NCBI GenBank assembly: GCA_001643675.2
Contig: LSRY02000018.1
Span: 806,001-870,000 of the forward strand
Length of the DNA: 64,000 nt
From: Monocercomonoides exilis PA203
Taxonomy: Eukaryota > Protista > Preaxostyla
Direction: 5' to 3'
Made by a program: the position numbers and the translations under genes. Position 1 is the stretch's first letter, and the number at the start of each line of letters is the position of its first letter. The notes beneath the pieces are model-generated. The model worked only from the letters and a program-made list of their open reading frames with translations. It made no database searches and was not told the origin of the DNA. Below, in pieces: positions 36,522 through 47,967 of this stretch.

Positions 36522-37367
36522 CCATTCAGCTTGAACTGTTCACAATTGGGTGTTCATGAAAGGGTTTTTGAAGTGATTGATTTTTCTGTCTGTTTGCTTT
36601 GTTTTTCAGTTGCCAAGCGATTTCCAACATTGTTTGAAGAAAGAATCTGGATTCAACAAAACAATTACCACGCTCAAGCAAGTCGGTTCATTTCTTTGAT
36701 TTGTTTTCTTCTTTCTTCGTTCGTCTTTTTCTTTTTCTTTTTCTTTTTCTCCAAAACTGTCACTTCAATTGACTCTTTCCTCTCAAAATTCAGTTCGTTC
36801 TCAATCGCATCTTCTGATCCTTTTTGCACAAGTTTTGTGGTGAGAAATATCCAAGTCAATTGTTTTATAGTGATGCAGATGGGATATTATGAATGAATGC
36901 ATTTTGATGTTAATATGTCATCAAAGAATCGATTTTCCATTTGATTTTCAAAGACCATTTTTGAAATGAGAAAAATCAATGCTCTTGGTGAAGTCAATGA
37001 AGTCAAAGCAACAGGCATTGCATCCATCACTTCCGCTGGGCGAGAACAAATTCTTTCTCTCAACTTCATTTTTTCTTTAATAAACATCCAAATGTCCGGG
37101 AACAAAAAATGAAATCATCATTCATTTTGAGAACTTTCACAAAACCCATTCAGTTGATTTTCTTTCCTTTTTCTTTTTCAATATCCTTTTTTGGATTTGA
37201 CATTTCAAATAAGTTATTGTGAAATACCTTCTATTCCAGTGACTTTATTGTTTTCTGTTCTTTCTAACTTTAATACAATCTTTGAACAGATGTTTCCTCA
37301 CCAATATTCTCAATTTTTGTTTTCCTTTATGAAAAAAAGAAAACGATTGTTCCTTTTTGCTTGATTA

Positions 37368-39377
37368 GTGTCATCTTTTTATTGGCACTTTTTTCTTTAT
37401 TGGCACCAAAATTTTTTGAAATGAAAAAAAATTGAAAACACATCAAAAAAAATCAAAACTCGAATCAATTACTCTTCTTTCTTTTCTTTTTCCATTTTCA
37501 CGTTCAAAGGGATCAAATTCTTCAGTTGTTTCATCGTCATCATTCTTTATTTCTCTAAGTGAACGAATCACAATTTTCTCCAAAGGCAATTCCACTTCTT
37601 CAATTTCCTTTTCTTTTTCTTCAATTTCTTCAATTTTCATCTTGTGTTTTTCATTATATTCATCCCATTCATCAAGAAGCTTTTCTTTTGTTATTTCTTT
37701 TCCGAAGAAGTCGAAACAATGAGAATGAGAAGGAATGAAGTATTGAGAAGACTGAGGAAGCTTCATCAACACAGATCCAGATCCATTGCTGAGGACTCCG
37801 CTGTTAATGAAGGCTTTTTTGATCACAGATGGTGTGAATGCTGTGTGAAGGGTTTGTGGTAACACATCTGCAACAGCTGTTCTTTTTGAAGATGAGGAGG
37901 TGGATGATGGAGAGCTGTAATTGTTTGATAGCTCTGACTTCAATACTGCAAGTACGCCTCTGTCCGGCGGCTGCGATATGTGCGTGGTGTGTGGAACGAA
38001 GGTGACGACATCAATTTCGGCTTCCTTGAACTGTCTCCATATCGTCGGATCTGCCCGCGATGAGTGTGAATCCAGGAGATGAAGGCAACGGTGAGTTTCT
38101 TTAAGAATTCGCTTTCTTCTGTCAATGATAGCTGGCAGCAGAACTGTTAAGGCGTATTTTTTGAATGACGTTTTATCCATCCAGCCGTTTGTGTTTGGCC
38201 AAATGTCAAGCGACAGCATCAACAGTGTTGTCAGTTCTTTCGGAAGAGTTGCTCTTGGCCACAGCACGACAGACGGAAGAGAGAAGCCATCAGCAGCTAT
38301 TCCAGCAACGAGAGTGGCATTCGGAATCCGTTCGGCAGTCTTTTTGAAACCAGCTTGTTCATCTGCGGGATGAACAACAACGCCACGTGTAGAAGTTGGA
38401 ATGCGAAGCGAAGATTCATCTATGTTGAAGATTAATTCCTCGAAATATTTGTTTACATCGTGTAGCACTTGCAATTCCGTATACCACGGCTTTAGGACTT
38501 TCTGACAAGATGCTGCAAGTCTGTTAATATCAACTTGCTTTGGCAGCGAGGACTTCAATTCAGGATGGCGCTTTATGAATGCGTGAACCGTCTTCAGAGT
38601 GACTGTCTTTTTCTTCTTTTCTTCATTTTCTCCTTCTTCTTCACTATCGTTAATTATATTTTCCATCTAAATACAAATTAATATTCAATTCAAATAACAA
38701 TTGCAAACCAGATCACGCGCTTTTCGTAACGAGAGGCTTGTCCCAGATCGAGATTCAATTATGACTTCTTCCAAGAATTGCTTTTCTTTTTCACCGCTGA
38801 TAATTGGTGGATGACCAACTTTTGCAATCGGCCTGCCGTTTTTTATGGCTTTAACTGCGTGCTCCAAAGATTTTTTGCGGATTCCACCATATTAAACACC
38901 GTCGACCAGCCTGACAACATTGTCATTAACAATGTGCGCAATCCTTTCTAATCTTGAACTGTATTTTCTGTAATGGAATGTAGACATTGCTTCCTTCAGC
39001 CGCTTCTGCGCCGCTTCAGCTTTCTTCTTCACTAGTAATTTCATATATATATAATGGGTAATGATCGTTAATAAATTTTTTTATTTATTAATTCTCATTA
39101 AAGAATTTAAAATTAATATTTAAATTTTTGAATGAATTAGAAATATTTACAAACCTTTGTGCAGTCCAATTTCTCACGAAAGCTCAATGGAAGGACTTGA
39201 ACCCACCCATTTCCCCCCATGAGAAATTGGATTTCTTTCAAAATACAAATCTAAAAATATTTGACATTTGCATTTAAACAAAAAAATATTTTTTAAAATA
39301 TCATTTGTGGGTCAGATTAATTTTTATTTAAAAAAAAAGTTCCAATAAAGAAAAAAGTGCCAATAAAAAGATGACCC
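37368..39377 (-). mobile_element. Complete pogo/Fot1-like (Tc1/mariner superfamily) DNA transposon, 2010 bp
   Basis: 36-bp TIRs G(T/G)GTCATCTTTTTATTGGCACTTTTTTCTTTATTGG at 37368-37403 and 39342-39377 (one mismatch), flanked by TA at 37366-37367 and 39378-39379. Confidence 0.93.
37443..39044 (-). pseudogene. DDE_1-family transposase (DD35D), 2 exons, with a premature TAA in exon 1
   Basis: Catalytic motifs FNIDESS, LLDSHSSR and SQPPDRGV, with 35 residues between the 2nd and 3rd Asp; also NGWMD and PHTTH. Exon 1 starts MKLLVKKK (39044) and has an in-frame TAA at about 38893-38895. The intron is at about 38667-38708. Confidence 0.85.
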
Positions 39378-39776
39378 TATTATCATCCTTTTCTCATATT
39401 TGTTGGAATGTTCGCAAACACCTTTTAATTTAGTAATAACATTTTATTCCATATCCATTGAGAAAGACAAACTCATCAACGTAATAAAAGTGTGTGTTCT
39501 TTTTTAAAGAATCTGTTGAGCATTCTTGTTATTATTTGAATTTCAAACTAATGATTCAATAGAAGTTCAAATGGAACAATCTTTTCATTCAACAACAATG
39601 AACCGTTTTTCGTGTGATTTTTTTAACTATCAAAATAATGATATTGGTTGAAAAATACACAATTGAAAAATAAATCAGAAATTTTTCTTCTCACGAAAAG
39701 AAAATATGGTTCGAAACAAAATACCCATAACAAAAATTGTTTGTTCTCGATTCTTAATTATTCATTTTTTTTCGAA

Positions 39777-41194
39777 ATGGCAACAACGTGTGACTATTTG
39801 TTATTTCTTTCTTTATTCACATTAATTATTTTATTTGGTGAAATATTCCGTTCATTGAACTTTGGGAAATGTTCTCATCACCAAAAAAAATGTTCTTCCT
39901 TTTAGAAAACAATCGCCATGTCCTTCACCTTCTCCCCCGGTTCAGCGTGTTGCTTTGACGGGAGGGGACAAGGAAATTGAGGAAACTTCGCATGAATTGT
40001 GCAAAACATTTGAGGAAATGCATTTGAAGGATGAATTGCTTCGTGGAGTTTATTCATATGGCTTAGAGACTCCATCACTTATTCAGCAAAAAGGAATCCT
40101 TCCAATTGTTAGAGGACGTGATCTTCTTGCTCAAGCCCAGTGTAGAACAGGAAAAACAACCGCTTACTCAATTGCTTGCTTGCAGAAAGTTGATCCTTCT
40201 TACCACTTCACACAAGCGTTGATTCTTGCTCCGTTTTGTGAACTTGCAATGCAAACGCACAATGTTTGTTTTTTTCAAATGTATTTTGATGATATTTTTA
40301 CATGTGCTTTTAAAGATGATTTCAAAAATAGCGAGATTCATGAAAGGACTCAACATTTTGAGAGTTGTTGGTGGAGAAGCTATTAGCGAAACAGCAAGGA
40401 AAGTTGCTGAAGCTCCTCAACATATAATTGTTGGAACACCTGGGAGAGTGGCGCATATGATTCGTTCTGAAATTCTTGATGTTTCTCATCTGAGAATCTT
40501 TGTGCTCGACGAAGCTGACGAAATGCTTTCTCAAGGGTTTAAGGATAAGATTTTTGATATCAACTCAAATTTGCCGAAAAATACACAAACAGTTGTGATG
40601 AGCACAATTATGCCCCAAGAAATTATCGAGATTACTCGCCAGATTCTAAACGATCCTGTTCAAATTTTGGTTCCTCGCGATGAGCTCACACCTGACGGGC
40701 TGCGCCAATTCTATGTGGCTGTTGAAAAAGAAGAATTCAAAGAGGAAGCACTGTTCGACCTTTACGATTCGATCCAGGTTGCACAATGTGTCATCTTCTG
40801 CAACTCCAGGCGCAAAGTGGACTATATCACTGAAGATCTTCGGAGCAGAAAGTTCACAGTCAGTTCGATTCACGGTGCCATGGAACAAGAAGACAGAAAC
40901 CGTATTCTGCAAGATTTCAAAGATGGGAAAAACAGAGTGCTCGTTACAACAGATTTGTTGTCGCGTGGCACTGAAGTTCAGCAGGTTTCGCTTATTGTGA
41001 ACTATGACTTGCCGATGGAAAAGGAGTCATATATTCACAGAATTGGCATATCAGCCCGTTTTGGAAAAAAAGGAATTGTCATCAATCTTGTCACAGAAGA
41101 AGATGGACAGATGCTGAAAGACATTCAGGAATTCTATGGAACAAAAATGGAGGAAATGCCAGCTGATATCAAAGAACTGCTGCAGCTGAAATAA
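39777..41194 (+). CDS. EIF4A: eIF4A-like DEAD-box protein with degenerate helicase motifs
   Basis: Exons at about 39777-39787, 39906-40263 and 40316-41194. Clear eIF4A scaffold: LLRGVYSYG, VGTPGRV, VLDEADEML, VIFCNSRRKV, SLIVNYDLP, YIHRIG, EEMPADI. Confidence 0.85.
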
Positions 41195-42529
41195 AAGAGA
41201 AAATGGTGAGAGAAAGAAGGAAAGGGAAATCTCAGCTATGTGAAAGGAAAGAAATGAGAAAAGAAAAAGATGAAGAATTGATGAAGATGAGAATGAATAA
41301 AAGGCAAATAAGTGAATGAGTGTTGATAGAAGAGAGAGAAATCAAATGAAGAAGAGATGAAGAATTGTTGAGGAAATTGTTTTGTTTGCTTGATACTTGT
41401 TGGAAATTGGATGAATTCTTCATTCAAATTGATCAAAATGGAAATAATCATCTGAAAAGAAAAAGAAAGAAATAAAAACCATCAGAGCCCTTTCTTTTCA
41501 TTCTCTTTCATCTTTCTTCAACACAACTTTCAAAGGACAAGAATCACAAACTGGAAATGGGTTTGTAGAAGATAATGATCTGAAAAATTAGAAGGCATAA
41601 CTCACAAATGCCAATCAGCCACTTTTCATTCTCATCTTCGGTTTTCAAACAACTTCCTCATCAGTTGCCATCATTTCAATTCTTGATGTCAATAAAGAAG
41701 ATGAATGACAAAAGACAAAAAGATTATTCAACATATTGCGTTATCAAAAGTTTTTCAACAGTTTTTTCTCATATTCAAGAGTGAGTTTCACACATTTCTT
41801 GATTTTATCTTTTTCATTTCAGAAAATCCAATTTTTTGGTTTTTTATTTGATGACGGTACAATATTTCATCTTTGAAAATACGAATGTTCCAAAAACAAA
41901 AAAAATGTTTTCTTTAGATTTTTTCAAAAGCATGAGTCATTTCCAAAGATTAGCATCCTATTTGACATTTTCTGTGTTTCATTCATAAATGTGAATCCTC
42001 TTCAAACAGAGGTGGAATGTGATAGAATTCCAAATGAAAAGAAATAAAAAATATGAAAGCAACCAAAAGAGAAAAATTTAATGAATAAGAAAAAAATAAA
42101 ACTGAACTTCTCCTAAATGTTTTTCCTTCTCTCACTCTTTTCTGCTGATCTCATCGTTCAATAAAGTCACAGCGATACTGCGATATAAATGATTATTATT
42201 ATTATTAAAACTTATTGATACTTTCACTATTTCGTTTTGATTTGATTTCTAAAACTTGTCTGTGATGTTTATTTTCTTATTTTGTTTTTCATGTGGAAAA
42301 AAAAAAAACTTTTCATGTTGTTATAACATGATTGAATATTTTTTATTAGTATTTTTTCCACTTCTTTTGCAAATGAGATTTTGTATATAGGTGGAATAAC
42401 GTTTTCAAAAAAATGAAACAGCTATTTCACCCACATTTTATTTTGATGAGAACATAATAAAGTTTTTGACAGAAATAAAAGTATATCTGCTTTGGGGCGT
42501 AGAAACTTTAAGCGTTGAAAATTTGTTGC

Positions 42530-44951
42530 ATGCTTAAATGGAATAAAGATTTTAGAGCAGGTTAGAAACAATGTTTGTTTTCATTGATTTTTGAATTATT
42601 TTTTTATTTAATTATTTTGTTTTGCAGAAGTTGAACAATTTTTGGATGATGTACGATTCTTTTATGCAGAAACTCAAAGAGCTTTGCCAAAGAAGCTGAT
42701 TGAAAAATTGTCAAGTTTTCTTTCTTCCCAATCTCCAAATTGCGAGAAATATCCTTTTAAACTTTTGCGAAGGGCAATCGTGGAATGTAACAATAAGCAA
42801 AATGAGCTTCAATTGCTTCTCAATGGATTGGTGTGCGTACTGAAGCACTGCTACAGTTTGACGAAATTTAGACATGATGATCCTGCATTCGAAATTCTTT
42901 TAAACCTTGACTTTCCCAAGTTGATTGAGGATATGTTAATATATTTTTTCAATTTGCAACAGAAATCATTTAACGAAGCGGTTCCTGTTATTGAGCTTCT
43001 GTTTCGTGTTGTTGCATATGGAAGGATTTTCAGCGAAATGAGAAGAGGCGCACAAGAGCAGATTGTTTTATTCAATTTGGACAAAGCATTACCAGAAAAG
43101 CAAAATGAAGATAAATTGATACTGGCAGATGAATGTTTGTTCCATTTATTTGCAATGAATTCGGAACCTTGGTCTTATCAGAGATTATTGAGTTTGCACA
43201 ATGAAAATAGTTGCTTTTTTTCTTCTTATTTTACATTTTTTGTTCTTCATATACTTATACAGGTCGAATTTTGTTGGACAACAAAAAAATTTTGAAAAAG
43301 CGAATATTTCACGTTCTCAAGCAGCATGGCGAAAGCAAAAGCGAAAGACTGAGCTTGTCGGGGTTTTCAAAAGGGATGCTATTGAGGTTGGTGTTGTGCT
43401 TGGACAATGCGATTCGAAAGAAAGACAAGGAAGAACGCATTGAGCAGGAGCAAAAGGAATATGATGCGTTATCACACGAGTGGTCTAATAGGAGGGAAAA
43501 GAAAAGTTTTCTTGACGGATTGTATGGCTCAAAATCTCCGTACATTGAGGATGAAGAAGCATTTGGAGATGTTGCATTTGATACAGCCTGTGACGCGCTT
43601 TGCTGTTGGTGCGAATGTGTTTGTGGTGATGGAAAAGAGTGCATTTGCATCAGAAATGAAAAAGTGAGAGAGGCAGTGAACATGAAATGGGGAAAGGTGT
43701 GGCGTGACGTTCATAAAATGATGAAGGACAGTGCGATGAAGACGCTCGAACTGTGCTGCTTTGGGAAGAAATATCTCGGAGAGAGAAGAGACATCACAGA
43801 CGGAGAGAGCAAAGTGGAAAAGTTGAAAAGGAAGAGACGGTCAAGATTTTTGAATCTTTTTTACAACACTGAGATGATTCGCAGCATTGTTGCAGTTGCG
43901 CACATTAATCAAAACAAAGACAATGATGAAAGTGCAATGAAGCTTCTTTTTGCAATAATTCGTTCGGGATGTAACGAAGGAAGAAGCAAAGTGAGGGATA
44001 TGCTTTCTGGAGTTGTGTCGACCATTTGCGAACTTCTGATGAGAGGGAAATATAGCAGAGATTACAAATATCGGACATGGCTGTGTTTTGTAGGGGATAT
44101 GATACAAACAACAATCACTCGGCCTTGTTTTGGGTTCATGCAGAAACCGCTGTATGGATACTTTGGAAGGATTAGCCCTGTATTCTTTCAAGCGGACATT
44201 TCTGCGCTTCGAGATATGCTTGAAGAAGAAGGGTACGGAGACCTGTTGAACGCAATTTCTATTTCGAAGTACCGCACGCAACCGCCGCTTACAGAGGTCC
44301 CATTTTTGTGGTACGAACTGATTAGCAACTTTGTCACACTGACTCGCAGCGAGGCTCTCTCATTGAGCAATCGCACTGTTGTGAGGGAGAGGTATGCAAA
44401 CGAAGATTTCCTTGGGCAATCAAATTCGTTGTATTTCTATAACAGAAAAGTGAAATTTGAAGAATTGGATCCTTATTCATCAGTTTACAGCGATTCATCT
44501 TCATTCTCCGAGTTGGAGATATCAAGTGATGAAAGTGACTACTCCATCCTTTATTATTGGTATGATTATTTCAATGCCTATATAGAAACGATGTTGTTCA
44601 ATGAAGAAGAAGAGGTCAGATGGGTGCAGGAGCCAGATGGATTGTGGAAAAAGAAAATGGAAAGGGTGATTCCCTTTTTTGATTGTAATTACTCCAGCAG
44701 ATTTTTCAGTCACAAACGTAAATATCGGGCAAAGCACAAGTGGAGACGGGTGCAGACGAACAGAATGAGGAAGCGAAACAAAGGAAAAGTGCTGAAAAAG
44801 ATGAAGAAGGAAAAAGGATTTCGAGAAATAGGGAAGAAAAGAAAGCAGAGAAGAGACGATGCGAAGTATGAGATGAGAACGGAAATGTGGGAACGTGCAC
44901 TTCATGAGCTTTCAGATGAAGAACACCCAACTGATCCATATGAGTTTTCTG

Positions 44952-44982
<31 letters not shown>

Positions 44983-44986
44983 GTGA
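42530..44986 (+). CDS. Hypothetical multi-exon protein with a basic patch and acidic tail at the C-terminus
   Basis: Long ORFs 42642-43295 and 43211-44986 can be joined by a short AT-rich intron near 43210-43262. The start codon is tentative and no family was recognised. Confidence 0.6.
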
Positions 44987-46168
44987 AAAGGAGGAAGAGA
45001 ACGAAGATCTTGGGAACAGTTATCAATAAAAACAAAAGCGGATTTGCAGAAGAGAGCTTGTGAATGATGCAAAAAGAAATTAACTCGTTTATTTTGGCTG
45101 GTTTGATATGTGAAATCTATTGAAGAGCAACGCATTGTTTGCATAAAATTTCAACATTGTTAATTATTTCTGGTGTAAAGAGATTAATATTTACGAAAGT
45201 TATTGTTTACGTTTATGAGTCATAGCTGATATTTTAAAGGTTTTTTTTTATATGTTTTTTTCATTGTTTTTTCATCAGTTTTTAATGGAATTCTGAAAAT
45301 GATGGAGAAGTTGCTTTATGTTTCGGTGTCTGTTAATTATTTATTGTTTCTCTTTGTTATTCACAAATTTTTGTTTATCGTTTTCCATTGGCTTTGTATG
45401 TTAATCATTTGAACAACATGCATTTTGTTCTATTTTTGAAATTTTCCATTATTTATGCATGAAAAAAAGATTGTTACGAATATTGCATAATCGATTGATT
45501 TTTTAAAATTCGGAAAAACAATTTGAAAGGTTTTCCGCACTTTGAATTCGTTGTTATGTAGATTGCGATAATGTTGAAGTGAGTTTTAGTGAGAACTTGT
45601 TCATTCATGAGGGGAAATATATGTTAAAAAACTTTTATTGAAGATCTTTGCTCAATTCAACATGATGATCAAACCCAAATAATAAAATAATTAATTAATT
45701 AACTCAATAATAAATAAAATAGTTAAATCAAAACCAGATCTTTTTGATTTATTATCAATTGTTTGAACTCAAATCAATCTTCAGGAACTTTTTTTCAAAA
45801 GAATGGTTCATTGTTGACTATTTTTTTTTTTAATTTTCATTTTATTTTATTTAAGTTTTTGTTTTAATTGTGTGATGAATTATTAATTAGTTCTTTGTTC
45901 AAAAAAAATCCACCTTTTTTGAATGAAATAAAAAATGAATGCAAATTATTAGATTAAAAAAGAAAAGAATTGGTGCAAAATAAATTGAAAAAGTTAATTT
46001 TATGTTGTTTTTTTCAAGAGTCCTTCATTTTCCAAACTTTTCAAATAAACAGTCGAAATTTATTGATCTTATAATGAAGAAAAAAATTTGACTATTTTTT
46101 GGTTAACTGTGACTAAGTTGGGAGGTTATTTTTGTTATGAAAAATTTTTTTCGAAGTATTGATTATTT

Positions 46169-46232
<64 letters not shown>

Positions 46233-46502
46233 AAGTTATTTTTCCTTCACATGGATTTTGCAGATAATTGTCAATAGACAATAAGCTTTTAATGAATACA
46301 TGACAAAGAAATCTGTAAACGGAGTAATTTATTTTCTGTATTCATTCATTAATATTCAAAGTTAATTTTTTGACAAGATTTTTCTGAGATAAAGATGATT
46401 TTTATAAAAACAATCACCTCTTTGGAAAATGCTTATATTACCATTTATTTCATTCAAGAAATGAAAATGCTTTAAAGTGAGAAATGCTTTAGAAATTAGT
46501 GA

Positions 46503-47487
46503 AAATACGGACTTTCAAGCTTTTTTTTTTTTGCACAAAGCATGAAAAGATTGTTTCACTCACTTCTTAATATAACTTTATCAGATTTTAAAATAGATTT
46601 GATTTTCATATCCGTTTACAGGCATCGTTGAAATCAAAACATGAAGTTCTCAAATATTTCAGGAATGTCAAAAAATGGACCCATTTTTGTTGTGTTTTTT
46701 TACTCAAAAAGTCAGTGTAAAATGCATATTTTTTCAAATGAAAATCCCTGAAGTGAAATATTTTTCCATATTATGTTAAATAATATTGCAACAGATGAAA
46801 ATTTTACATTTTGCACAAAAATCCTTATTAATAGCATTATATCATTTGCGATTCACCGTATCTTAACCTTAGACACACAACTTGATTCGACACGTCAGAG
46901 ATATGGTATATCAGCTATAGATCCATCTCGATAAAGATCAATCAATATTATTTATTTATGTGTATCTGATGGCTGTTATCATCTTGTTTAATAAGTTGGA
47001 ATAAACAATGATAATAAGATAGAGATCGAGAGTTATTGCTTATATTCTTAGGGGTTTATCATGATTAGATTTTCAGTGATGTTCTATAAAGAAGGAGTTA
47101 TTGATAGGAGTTAATCGATATGTATCTATAGCTGATATATCATATGTCCAAGTAGGAGATTAGCTAAAAGATTAGCTGAAAGTGTCGAAGATGGAAATAT
47201 TAGTGTGAAAATTGTGTGTTATCGTTGATGTGATCGCAAATAAAAATAATAGATTAAGTTTTTGCTTCATAGCAAATGGATCGGAAGAAGATATACACAA
47301 CTGTGGAAGAAGCGAAGGCTGCTCAACAGAAACAGATTATACAGTTTCAGGAAAAACGTAGGGAAGAAACTAAGTATTACAACGAACATGTATCTGAGAA
47401 ACAGAAGAAATTGATTAAGTTATTGAGGAGAAAGGTTATCGAAGATGATGAGCAGTTAGATGAGTTGATGGAAAAAGTTAATGGTTA
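46503..47487 (+). repeat. Left TIR (985 bp)
   Basis: Direct comparison with the reverse complement of 50675-51659. Confidence 0.97.
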
Positions 47488-47506
47488 TTTGCATACACCA
47501 GGTTGA
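47276..47506 (+). CDS. Small charged helical protein (76 aa) encoded in the left TIR
   Basis: Intact ATG-to-stop ORF MDRKKIYTTVEEAKAAQQKQ..., identical over 70 aa to the copy in the right TIR. Confidence 0.6.
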   Translation: MDRKKIYTTVEEAKAAQQKQIIQFQEKRREETKYYNEHVSEKQKKLIKLLRRKVIEDDEQLDELMEKVNGYLHTPG

Positions 47507-47967
47507 TTGGGCAAATTGTGTAAATTGATGAAATATAACAGACTACACACATTTGTTGTACCGTAGATTGTATCAAACAATGGTCACGGTGGCATTATGG
47601 TGGATTGTCGCATTGATGTTTTTCACTTGACTTGAGTGTTATTTTGGTGTATTAAGCTTTCAAAAGTCTAAACTGGTAAACAGGACACCGAATTGTGGCA
47701 ATATCAAAGACTCAGCTGAAGGGAAATAATTGGTTGAATCTCCGTGCTGGGGGCGTGTCCTGGTGTTCAGGTGTCCAGGATAGTTTTGTTTCATCTGAAG
47801 TGAGCTGTAAACATGCCATTTCTGCCAACATGAGCATTTTCCCCCTAATTTTTTATGATTTTGAAGGTTTTTATTTCATTTCGACTGTATCATCATTTTG
47901 CCACATTGCCACATGGTATGATTGGTGATATATAACAGTTGGCATACACTTTTGTATCGTTTGTGTC

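Noticed and set aside
38893-38895. In-frame TAA as evidence for a TAR=Gln genetic code, as in some oxymonads
   Set aside because: Conserved genes here end at TAA (RPL13A, eIF4A-like, UBE2J) and long ORFs lack internal TAR, so a nonsense mutation is the simpler explanation.
39190-39210. Possible tRNA gene
   Set aside because: Only a T-loop-like motif is present; I could not build an acceptor stem, D arm or anticodon arm.
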